A model generated the notes under the pieces. It had not been told where the DNA came from. It did not search any database and saw only the letters and a list, made by a program, of their open reading frames with translations. A stretch of 25,515 bases of DNA from Macrostomum lignano (Eukaryota). The position numbers and the translations under genes were made by a program. The stretch covers positions 1 through 25,515 of the forward strand of contig NIVC01005125.1 of NCBI GenBank assembly GCA_002269645.1. Direction: 5' to 3'. Positions 1 to 11,700 of the stretch are shown in pieces (positions within the stretch are counted from its first letter, which is position 1; each line of letters starts with the position of its first letter).

Positions 1-974
1 GAAGCAGAAAGATATAATTGTGTATTAACGAGTATTCCTGATCAGTATTTAATAATTGAATACAATATCTAGGCAATCCAAGAGTTAAATTGGTTTTCAA
101 TGAGAGTTGATTTCAATTTTTTAGCCTGAAACACCACTCATGCAGTTCTCGGGAGGCTGGCCGCGCTACATCCGCCACGATGACGCATTCTCGGCGCACA
201 GTAGCTGTTTTATGACTCCTTTCTTAGAAAACAATTGGATCTATCATTAAGTAGCCTAGCTGTGTTCTCGCGCTGTTCACTAATCAAATTATTGGCATGT
301 AACACTAATAATTATGTTTGTTCATAGTTTGCAGTGTCTAAAAATGAAATCAGCAAAATGTTGCCTATTATCTCAGCATTGCCTTTCCCTCTCTGTATAT
401 TGAAAAATCATTTCTGTAATTTAAAATTGTACGCCGCGACCGCTGCATGCTCGCAAGTGCCGGAATCCGCAGAACATGCTATACCTCTGTGACTCACCTG
501 TGCTCTACCAAGCAGGCTATTTCATTTTGGCGCCTCAGAGCTGTCTCCACAGGCCCCATGGACTGCTTGGCAACCGGGTGGAGCCTTGTAAATTCTGCAC
601 CCCAACAATTATGAAATTTGCTTTCTGTTTATCGGGTACAACTCGATAGCTCCAATACGGTATTGTCGTTTTGTAGCACTTATTAAAGCAGTTGCTCCTT
701 ACTCTGCTTTCATTTTGCAGCAAAAGTCCTAACTTTTGTTTGTTTGTTTGTTATTTTGTTTATCTGACTAGCTTTCACGCTGCTGTTCTGTCTTTTGTCT
801 TGGCCCAACGTAGATTATCTATTTTGAGCATGCCGGCCTGCACTGCCGTCAGTTGGCCACTTGGTTTGTCACTTAGAAATACAGAATATGAACGGGCTTG
901 TGGAGTCTGTCCACTGTTCACTTTGCAGTTTATAGTAACTCAACACTTTTATTGCTTTAATCTGCCTCTCGCAA

Positions 975-1093
975 CCCGAATCTACCTCTTACTCAAATCT
1001 ACATTTTACCCAATTCTACCGCTTACCTAGTTCTACCGCTTACCCGAATCTACCGCTTATCCGAATCTACCTTTTACTCGTATCTACCTTTTC
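975..1093. repeat. 17-bp degenerate tandem repeat, 7 units (consensus about CCCGAATCTACCGCTTA)
   Basis: Units read directly at 975, 992, 1009, 1026, 1043, 1060 and 1077. All contain TCTAC, and the period is exactly 17 bp. Confidence 0.9.
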
Positions 1094-1893
1094 AGATACG
1101 AGTTAAAATTTCACAAAACTTGTGATTAATAATGGTTCGTAAAGTACCAGCAGGTCTACCATATCAAATTTAATTAGTTTACAAGCGAGTTTAAAACATA
1201 AGCCTTAATTTACAATTCAAAACAAAAATACAAGTTTGAATCTAACTATTCTACTGATTTCAGTAGGGTACTAAGAAAAATACGCTGAAAATGACTAAAG
1301 ATATATGATCGTGATCTATAATAAAACTAATAACCCTACCACAATGATTCATGAAGATTGGGAATTAACGCATTGGTATTCCTTCCTGAGCAGCTGGGCT
1401 TACCAGAATTGAGCAAAATAGGGGATTAATTTTTTCAGCATTTCATCCCTTTCCAAGCAGCCAGATTCCAACGTTCGTAATCCCCTCAGCTGCTTGGGCC
1501 TCCTGGACTGCTCCCGCCTGCCATTCAATTCTGCTCTGCATTGTTCTCAAGCCGGAAATTCGCCACATCTGCCACAGGAATAAACCTTACTGGCCTCGGG
1601 CAGACAGCCTTGAAAAGCCCAGCAAATTGCGGGATAGGCGCTTTGCAATAAATGACCGCACGCTGAGTTGTACGCTTGCCCAACTATCTAGAGATGAAAA
1701 CTACATGTATCTAGAGATGAAAATGTGTTTCAGTGAACACAGAAAACTGAACGAGTGGGTGGGCCAAGAGATTGCGATGCAATTACATGTACATGTATCA
1801 TTTACATGTACATGCAGTCTTAGTGAGCGCTGCATGATGAATGGGGAAGAAATTTCTAGCAAGATAAGGACGGAGAGGTACAAGTACATGTAC

Positions 1894-3044
1894 GGAGAGT
1901 GGAAATAGAGAAGAGTGGAGAGGGAGAAGGGTGGAGAGGGAGAAGGGTGGAGAGGGAAAAGGGTGGAGAGGGAGAAGGGTGGAGAGGGAGAAGGGTGGAG
2001 AGGGAGATGGGTGGGAGGGAGATGGGTGGGAGGGAGATAGGTGGAGAGGGAGATGGGTGGGAGGGAGATGGGTGGAGAGGGAGATGGGTTGAGAGGGAGA
2101 TGGGTTGAGAGGGAGAAGGGTGGAGAGGGAGAAGGGTGGGAGGGAGATGGGTGGAGAGGGAGATGGGTGGAGAGGAAGATGGGTTGAGAGGGAGATGGGT
2201 GGAGAGGAAGATGGGTTGAGAGGGAGAAGGGTGGAGAGGGAGAAGGGTGGGAGGGAGATGGGTTGAGAGGGAGAAGGGTGGAGAGGGAGAAGGGTGGGAG
2301 GGAGATGGGTGGAGAGGGAGATGGGTGGGAGGGAGATGGGTGGAGAGGGAGAAGGGTGGAGAGGAAGATGGGTGGAGAGGAAGATGGGTGGAGAGGGAGA
2401 TGGGTGGGAGGGAGATGGGTGGGAGGGAGATGGGTGGGAGGGAGATGGGTGGGAGGGAGATGGGTGGGAGGGAGATGGGTGGAGAGGGAGAAGGGTGGAG
2501 AGGAAGATGGGTGGAGAGGGAGATGGATTGAGAGGGAGAAGGGTGGAGAGGGAGATGGGTGGGAGGGAGATGGGTGGAGAGGAAGATGGGTGGGAGGGAG
2601 ATGGGTGGAGAGGGAGAAGGGTGGAGAGGGAGATGGGTGGGAGGGAGATGGGTGGGAGGGAGATGGGTGGGAGGGAGAAGGGTGGAGAGGGAGATGGGTG
2701 GGAGGGAGATGGGTGGAGAGGGAGATGGGTGGGAGGGAGATGGGTGGAGAGGGAGATGGGTGGGAGGGAGATGGGTGGGAGGGAGATGGGTGGAGAGGGA
2801 GATGGGTGGGAGGGAGATGGGTGGGAGGGAGATGGGTGGGAGGGAGATGGGTGGAGAGGGAGATGGGTTGAGAGGGAGAAGGGTGGAGAGGAAGATGGGT
2901 GGAGAGGAAGATGGGTTGAGAGGGAGAAGGGTGGAGAGGAAGATGGGTGGAGAGGGAGATGGGTTGAGAGGGAGAAGGGTGGAGAGGAAGATGGGTGGGA
3001 GGAAGATGGGACGGTGGGAAAAGGGTGGGAAAGAGGTGGATGGT
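1894..3044. repeat. G/A-rich minisatellite of mixed 15/16-bp units (GGGTGGAGAGGGAGA[T/A], GGGTGGGAGGGAGAT), about 70 units
   Basis: Seen directly. The + strand has no C between 1894 and 3011. It explains all the P/S/H/L-rich and G/R/E/W-rich ORFs in the track at 1701-3111. Confidence 0.97.
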
Positions 3045-3597
3045 AGTACATGTAAACATACTCGTACTGTTTAGTGGAAGCAATCAATATATTGTTTAGA
3101 AATGCCAGCAATTGAATCGAAATCCAATCCGGCTAATCCGCGGGGCTATTGAGGTAATCGTTGGGTATGTTCTGAACTTGTTTCTTGTGTTTCCTTGACA
3201 ACAGTAAGTCAGTTTTGAGTTTCAATCAATCACTTGGCCAATGCAAAGAAATCTTGTTGTAATTGTGTCGCAGGCTGCATGTCTGGCATCTGAGTTGAGT
3301 GCACACATTTGCCTGGCAACGAGTGCCTTAAGGTGCTCAAAGATTTTCTTTTAGCTCGTACCCAAAATGCAGTCTGCTTGGAAAGGCGCTCGCCTTAACA
3401 ACTAATTGGCAGGCTAGAAAGGCAGACGGTCCCTAATTGCTTCTTTTGTTCGTAAAAAAATTACCGCGATTGGGAAGCTGTCAATTCTTCAAGTGGAGAT
3501 CAGACAGCGGCACTGGGGAGTGAAAGGGGTCGACGTGTGAGGCAGTGAGACAGTGAAATTGCTAGGTAGAGAATGCATGCAGGAGAGAACAGTTATG

Positions 3598-4044
3598 GAC
3601 TGAGTAGGGACTCGGGAGAGACTGAGCAGAGACTCAGGACAGACTGAGTAGAGACTCAGGAGAGATTGAGTAGACTCAGGAGAGATTGATTAGACTCAGG
3701 AGAGACTGAGCAGAGACTCAGGAGAGATTGAGTAGACTCAGGAGAGATTGAGTAGACTCAGGAGAGATTGATTAGACTCAGGAGAGATTGAGTAGACTCA
3801 GGAGAGATTGAGTAGACTCAGGAGAGATTGAGTAGACTCAGGAGAGATTGAGTAGACTCAGGAGAGACTGAGCAGAGACTCAGGAGACACTGAGCAGACT
3901 CAGGAGAGATTGATTAGACTCAGGAGAGACTGAGCAGATACTCAGGAGAGATTGAGTAGACTCAGGAGAGACTGAGCAGAGACCCAGGAGAGACTGAGAC
4001 GAAATCCAAGAGAAACTTAGGAGAAGCTCAAAGAGACTCAGCAG
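3598..4044. repeat. 20/22-bp minisatellite (GACTCAGGAGAGATTGAGTA / GAGACTCAGGAGAGACTGAGCA), about 20 units
   Basis: ACTCAGG recurs every 20-22 bp from about 3632 to 3966, and both ends of the array are degenerate. Confidence 0.95.
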
Positions 4045-6028
4045 ATTTGAATGAATGATAAAATTGAAGCTCGTTAAAGAGAAGCTTAACTAATCCCTGT
4101 GGATTGGCGCCAAAGCCAGTTGAGCTGCAAGTGACAAACTCCCGTTTAACGGGAAGCAGAATCCAGCTAATGCCGAGGGGATGCAGTGAAATGGTGTGGT
4201 AAAAATCGGATTAAAGGATTACTCTGAAGTATTTTTTGACGAGCCGGATTCGAGCTCAATAAAAATTCACTTTTATAATCTCGGAAGAAAAGGAAAATCA
4301 ATTGGAGATATCAATTGGCAAGCAATATGTAATGAGGTGGCCCATGAACTGATGCTCACTCTCACCTTGCCATCTGCCGGTGGTTAACAATGTCATTTAT
4401 TTGCATCTTCAGAGCAGGCTTATCTGAAATTTCTTTGGCAGAAAGGAACTGCCCGCATGGTGTGCTGTTGTGATGCATTATGATTAAGCGGCAGTGGGAC
4501 ATGCATAATTCATGCCAAATAATGCACGCATTAGAGCAAACTGGGGAGGTCTATGGGAGCTCCCATCTCCATCGGCTCTCCTGGGGGAGGCAGAGGATGG
4601 CTATGAAGTCTAAAAGCCTTCATGAATTAGTGCATGCGTACAGACACTCAACCAGACACTCAAGCGACGGGGAGACCCCAATAGAACTGAGTCAAAGTCA
4701 CCGGGTTGCGATTGAAATTTTCAGCATTTTCAAATACATCGGATGACCAGACAGTGGCTGGTTCCATGTAATCCGCCTTGCTGAACTTCAATTCCAGGGA
4801 GCAACATAGCTAGCTGCTGGTGACACAAGCACCAGAAGACCTTCCTAGAGGCTCTCCTAGAGCCTGTCGTCCAGGGCCTAGCGTAATGATTTCATTGGAG
4901 CAAACTCTGAGATTTTGTTCGTAAATTATACCATACTTATTATTACATGTACATGCAGTTTTTCAGATTCCTTTGAAAGACAAAGGCGACAAGGGCACAT
5001 CTCGACAGTGCAGCTGTATTATTTTCTCAAGGCACACAGATGCTTACAGTGTTGATCTGTCCCTTCACCTTGAGCGATACAAGAGTTGACAAAGAAGCTA
5101 CAACATACCGTGTAGTCTTTTTGGCTGAGCAGAAAGGAAAGAATAAACATGAAATTAGACACTGCGCATCTCAGCTAGGAATAGCACAGAATTCAGTCAA
5201 TTCCTTGGCCAACTGATATGCTGTTTATGTTTCCATCTCCAGTATCTGGCTTCTACGTGCATCAGGCATGGGTATCAAGGTCCCAACTGCTGAGAAAGTA
5301 TTGCAGATAATGAGGCATGCTCAATACAGGTAGCACATCATACATACCCTGTGGCGACAAAACTTTTATTGACTTTCTGAAAACAGTCGATCCGCTGAGC
5401 TCAGACAGGCTGGAAACGTTTTTTGACTCGTTTTTGAATGCTCGAACTGACTGACACCTGGGGATAAAAGGCCACAAAGGGCTGACTCAAAGGGGTGAGT
5501 CAAAGCAGGTGTTTTCATGTATAGGGGGATAAGAAAGACTTTGCAGCCACACCAATCTGCAACATCGAATGCACAGAGAAGAGGACAAAGGATGCTGGAG
5601 AAGCTGGAGGTGAGTCGGGGAAATTCTCCCCTTGGCTAGCGGTAAACACACGGGAATTCGATGAGTGCACGCAGGCCGCCTTTCCTCGGCTTTGAGAGCG
5701 GCAGGCTCTGCCCCTCCCCCGAGCATAGGCTCCAGTCGCAATCGATCTGAAAATGTCCCTAAAGACTGACAGGGAGAAGAAGGGACGCTTCTTCTAGTGG
5801 AAATCCCATCTACGCCTCTCTGTTTCTCTGACGAGGACAAAAGACGGTTTGGCACAATCAAGCCTTGCAGCGTTAGGGAGCTTACGTGCGCTTTGACTCC
5901 GCCACAGCCTTCGCCATGATTAGAAAGACTGAATAATCTCGCCATTATCAAAATTAGTTCCCTTTGCTTCTCCTTCGTTTGATAAGGACGTTTTGTTAGG
6001 CTTGTTTAGCTAATTTTTCGTCTAAATT

Positions 6029-6725
<697 letters not shown>

Positions 6726-7697
6726 ACGAGTAGTAAGTGGAAGTCTAGAGTCTGTTAACCCCGAAATCCCACAGTCAGAAAGTGAGAGAGCGTAGAGTTT
6801 CTTCTCTCCGCTTCTCACTGTCGAAGCGGTGGCTTTTGATCTGTGCCTCAGAAAAAGTGTCCCATTCAGCGCCAAATTTAGCAGCTCTGCAATCCACCCG
6901 GGCGGTCATCAGGGTGATGAATAGCGGAAATGAGTTCACACTGCTTCTGCGATTCCTGCCAGAATTGCTGGCGGCAGCATTGATAAAGAGAAGCTCACAG
7001 AGACCATCTCTTTCTTTCCGTTCTGTTCCAGCCACGTGCTATTGTATTCCCGATCAAGCACTTGCTGGAAATTAGGCGAGTAAACTTGGAATATTTAGGA
7101 GTCGCTGTTCACGGGACAATCCCAATCTATTCTCCGACAGGCTCAGAACAATTTTGAAAACTCATTCAAGAGACCCAACGGGATCTCTTAGTAAACAAAC
7201 GCATACCGGCCTCACCTCAATGTCTACTCGCACAAGCTCTGCTTTGAAGCATTGAAATGTCAGTCTTAAGTCAGCTGTAGATCCATCAAAGGGAACAGGG
7301 GCCTTTGTGTTTGTTCCTTTCTATTCTTCGTTGGCTCGTATTACTTGCGTAATAATTACCAAACCTGATTTATGTCTAAACTCGTTTATACTTCTCTGAG
7401 TTAGACTCAGCGACAGGTATTGTTTGCTGTGATTCCTCTATACATGTAGGCTTTTCTGCTATTGAGCGCAAACATTTTTGTAGGCTTCACATTCCTATGA
7501 GTGCGTGAGGTTCAAGGCACAAAAAGAATTCCTCTATTCAGTTCAGCTACGCTTCTGCAAGTTTGAAACGGAAATGCAATTACCAGCGCATCTCCTGGAC
7601 AAATCAATCTTGTGTACTCAGCTCCCTGCAGTCATTGTCGCTAACCCCACGGATTGATTGGCCAGCCCCATTTCACCCTATTGAACTCGGCCTTTAG

Positions 7698-8175
7698 CCA
7701 GTGCACCAAGCTCAAGCATAGTAAGAGAGAGCGAGACAGAGAGTAGACAAGCGGAGATCGCCAGGACCCTCCCTTCTCCCAGCTGGCTCTCAGTGAGTCG
7801 CCAGGTCGCAGCCATTCTGAGCGTACCTTTGCTAAGGGGCCACGACGAGAGCGGTCCCCAGGCGCCGGGCCTGCAAACCGGCTCAGCTATTTTCAGAGAC
7901 CGCACCCGCGGCTCCTCCGTCTCCGGATTGCCATCTGCGTCCTCGCCGGGGTCTGCAGCGCTCGGCGGACGGCCCGGTCGGTCGTGGTCGGCCGCAGTCG
8001 GCGGAAGCAGCGGAATCGGTGGCGGTGGAGTCGGCGAAGAGGACTGGGAGGTGCGGATCGGCCGACCAAAGGATCAGTCGGTGGGATTCTTTGCCGCCAA
8101 CGAGAGCAGCCTCGGGGCGCCGGTGGTGGAGGCGGTGGCTTTGATGACAGCGACGAAGAAGAACGCTTGGTGAAG
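7698..8175 (+). CDS. Probable 5' coding exon(s) of the ligand-gated ion channel gene (low-complexity Ser/Gly-rich N-terminus); exact structure unresolved
   Basis: GC/CpG-rich block with an acceptor CCTTTAG at 7697. It ends ...GGGFDDSDEEERLVK at AAG|GCAAGT (8175/8176, GC-type donor), which joins in phase 0 to RQVYICVVF at 8726. Reading through the block needs either a +1 base near the G-run at 8114-8117 or an intron at 7793-7896. A candidate start is ATG A|GTGCGT at 7497-7500. Confidence 0.5.
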
Positions 8176-8725
8176 GCAAGTGCTTGTACATGTACTGCTT
8201 TACTATTCCTTGGAGTCAATTTAGTGCATGCGAGTTAAACGACTATTCCAAAATGCTCATATGTAAGTGTGGATTTTCCAAACCAATTCCTGGGATATCA
8301 TTATTATGCTGTACATAGATGTTTATACTTCCTATAGCTTACATTACATTCTTGAGTATTGTAACAGTTTATGTAAATTGACGTCATTTGTTGCACACTC
8401 GGCACTCCGATGCAAAAAATACGCTACGTATGTGCTTTTTAAAGAAGTTTTCTTTATTAGTCTTGGAATACACACACAAGGAGCACTGTAGTACATAACA
8501 GGATGTAAAACTCAATGATCGAGTAATTTTTTGAAGGCCACTTTCTTGGAAAAATACACTGTGGAGATAGGAAAAAATTATCTTCACATAATCACTTATT
8601 GAGTTATACCACAGTGGTCTTTGTCAGTTGTCGCAAGACCAGGTTTCTTCGGCTAGGTACAGTAGTATAGCTTGTCATGTTCCTCGCAACTGGCTCACTA
8701 CTTCATCCGCCCTTACGTTCTTCAG

Positions 8726-11700
8726 CGCCAGGTGTACATCTGCGTAGTTTTCATGAAGATCGGCGAGATAGACACCATCAAGGAGCAGTTCGCAGCGGAT
8801 GTTCTAATCAAGGCCAAGTGGCGGGAGCCCGACCTGGACCACAAAAACATCCAACAGGGCAGGCTGGTGAGAAGCGAGCCTTTCTTCGAAAATCTTAGTA
8901 CAGAACACAGTAAAGTTGAAGCGCAAGAGGTGAACAGTTGAACTTTCCTAGAAATACTATTGATTTCCCTCTTGCAGCGCTAAACATATATAAGGAATGG
9001 CATGTCATAAGCGCTAGCGACAAAAATACATAGCATTTTTTCAGTCTTGCCAATTCTTAAGTCTCTATCTATAGTCTCTGCTCTGCAAGTAGTGACAGAT
9101 TGTAATAACAATACAAGTGTATCTACGAAATGCGATACAATATTTTATTTGAGTCAAAACTATTTTTACTCAGTTCAACCTGCGGATGCCTTCTAGCCTA
9201 GCTAGACGCTCTATTTTTCCCAATCCCAATCCTAATCTCGAAATCCGAAAAATCTACAGAGCTACACATCAAATTAGGCCATGATTAGTCAGGGTGGAAT
9301 ATGCTATTAAATGGCATAAATCGATCAGATTTCCATTTCTGACACACAAGTCGCTGGATCGCCTAAAATCGCAAATCACGCAATCTAATTTGGCTTTGCA
9401 TGCGGCAAAGCTAATTTTCAGAGCTGCCGTGGGTGAGGCGAAATAATAACAAAAAAGTCGCGTAAACGTTTCTAATCGATAAACTCTCGCTGGTTGCATA
9501 GCTTATAAGCTTTAAATGAATTTATTCAATCAGACAGTGGTAAACAATTTTTTACTTTGAATTTCAACATCATATACTGTTCTCAACATTCTAGGACTAC
9601 GACTGGTCAAAAAGTTGGACCCCGAAGCTGTACATTGAGAACACTATCGGAGAAGGCAAGGAGCAGGTCTACCAGATGATTTCATTCAATGAAGTTGGTC
9701 ACGCCTTCCTATTTGAAAAGCGGCGCGTCTCGGGCGTTTTCCTGGAAAATCTGGAGCTCAACCACTTCCCGTTTGATGTTCAGGTAAATGCATGAAGCCA
9801 GCACGATGGCTTGTTGGCCGAATAAGAGCTTTTGCATGAAATCGACGGGATCTCTCTGAGAGGCTGTGCGCCTTTTTAAATCTGCTCACACGCCTACTCG
9901 GGGAGTATCCTAATATTTGCGTGGCAAACGCACGAGTCCGTGTGTTCTTAAGACGTTCTGTGCCCTGTTTCTGTGAAGGTGGATATAAAAGATGCGATGA
10001 ATCCGTGTACCCATTACCCTCCCATTGGCATGATATCCGGGCTGGATGCTGCCTAGATGGAATGCTAGCTGAGTGAGCAGCAGAGTACTCCAACCCTCAA
10101 GTAAAAGAGCAGATGAGAAGTGGCATTAGCAACCTTACATGTATTTCTGGCGAGAACAACTAGAGATGGATAGTGGACAGTGGAAATGCGCATTTTTTAG
10201 GTTCATTGTATGCATTAAAATTAAATGTGACACAAAATTTGCGCAAATAGAATAGAAAATGAGCTTTCACTACATTTATAGACAAAAATCATGCTGACCT
10301 ACTTAAAGTAATCAGTAGTTTTTTATATCTTCAAGGACCTGACAATAACGGTGGCATCAAATCTGTCCTCAGCCGAGATTCGCCTGGTCAACGATCCCGA
10401 CGAGCCCCACCGGATTAACAAACAGTCGTTTGTTGGTGAGGAATTAAAACTCAGTGAATTAATTCTTCGTTGACTTCCGCTATAAAAAGCCGCTGAAATT
10501 GAATAGTTAGCATTACAATTTTTGTTTGAAATCTACAACTAAGGATATAAACCAGATAAACCCGGAAGTTTTTTGACTACGAACGGAATATTCATCAGTC
10601 TTTTAAAAATTCCACTAAGGTCTAACAAAGATAAAAAACACTGAACTTCTCCAATCAACGCCTTAGACGAACAGGAGTGGTTTCTGTACAAGCACATCGA
10701 CACGGAGCAGCGAGAGCTGGCCTGCGAGTACGCGGACCAGAGCTCCACCCGGCCTGCGCTGTCCGTGAAGTGTCGCGCCGCTCGAAGACCAGCTTATTTT
10801 ATCTGGAATATTTTCCTCGTCACGGTGAGTAGAAGTGCTCCTTCTACTTTTGCTTCAAGTGCTTACCCTCTGACACTACATACAAATTCCATATTTGTAT
10901 GAAGTTCAACCACTATTGAGTTCAGACTGAAGAAAAGTTTGAGTTATTTACAGGTCCATTTTGTTGCGCAAAAAGCGTAAGCCAACAACTGTTCGATATG
11001 TTTTTATTTAATTATATTGCTTGATACTTTTCAATCCATTAACTTCGTTAAAATTCAGTGATGAAAATGAAAAGTTTCGTGTCGCTTATGCATTTTGCAA
11101 CTGAAACGCACCTGTCATCGTTAAAGTTTGCTTGATTCGCAGTAGGACTCACATGTTAATTGGCAAGCTCGTATACCATAATACAACAGTACCACAATTG
11201 TTGCCAAACTCACCTTACCAATGCTTTCTATCAACGCCAACAGTTCCTCATCTGCTCCTTGTCGTTGGTAACCTTCGCAGTGAAGAGGGACCTGCCGCAG
11301 AACCGATTGCAGCTGACGTTCACATTGGTGCTCACGCTGGTAGCATTCAAATTTGTGGTGAACCAATGCTTGCCAAAGATTTCTTATCTCACGTATCTGG
11401 TAAGTTTTTTCGTGCACAGATAGCTCATAGCATCTAACAAGCTTTAAGATACGTGTTACATCATTGTGTTAAGCTTGGTGCAATTGTATTGTTGTATAAT
11501 ATAATAATAATTGTTTATACCTGCCCTAATGGGCACATGTGCAACCTACAACAGCCGCAGCTATTGCGCGGCGCATCTAAGGCTACATACGGCTGTTCAG
11601 TGCAAGTACTGGGGGGTCGCCACACACCCTTAATTACATCAGCTAATGCTGGCACCCATTTTACAGCTGGGTGAGCTGAAGCAATGCATGCAAAGTTACA

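Noticed and set aside
1701-3111. Long ORFs of 437 and 460 aa on the minus strand and several G/R/E/W-rich ORFs on the plus strand
   Set aside because: They are translations of the purine minisatellite, which lacks stop codons. They are open on both strands and have no domain or splice support.
3598-4044. CRISPR-like appearance (palindromic ~20-bp repeats)
   Set aside because: The units are head-to-tail with no unique spacers, no cas genes are present, and the context is eukaryotic.
5483-5502. Paired AP-1 consensus sites TGACTCA-N6-TGAGTCA
   Set aside because: A 7-mer is expected about three times by chance in this window. There is no nearby TSS or conservation evidence, so no regulatory call is supportable.
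5487-5951. 154-aa minus-strand ORF (and the 86/97-aa ORFs at 6775-7075)
   Set aside because: No recognisable motif, no consistent splice boundaries, and composition typical of chance ORFs in GC-balanced DNA.
7883-8219. Minus-strand ORFs of 102 and 108 aa over the GC-rich block
   Set aside because: Antisense shadows of the GC-rich 5' region of the channel gene, with no independent support.
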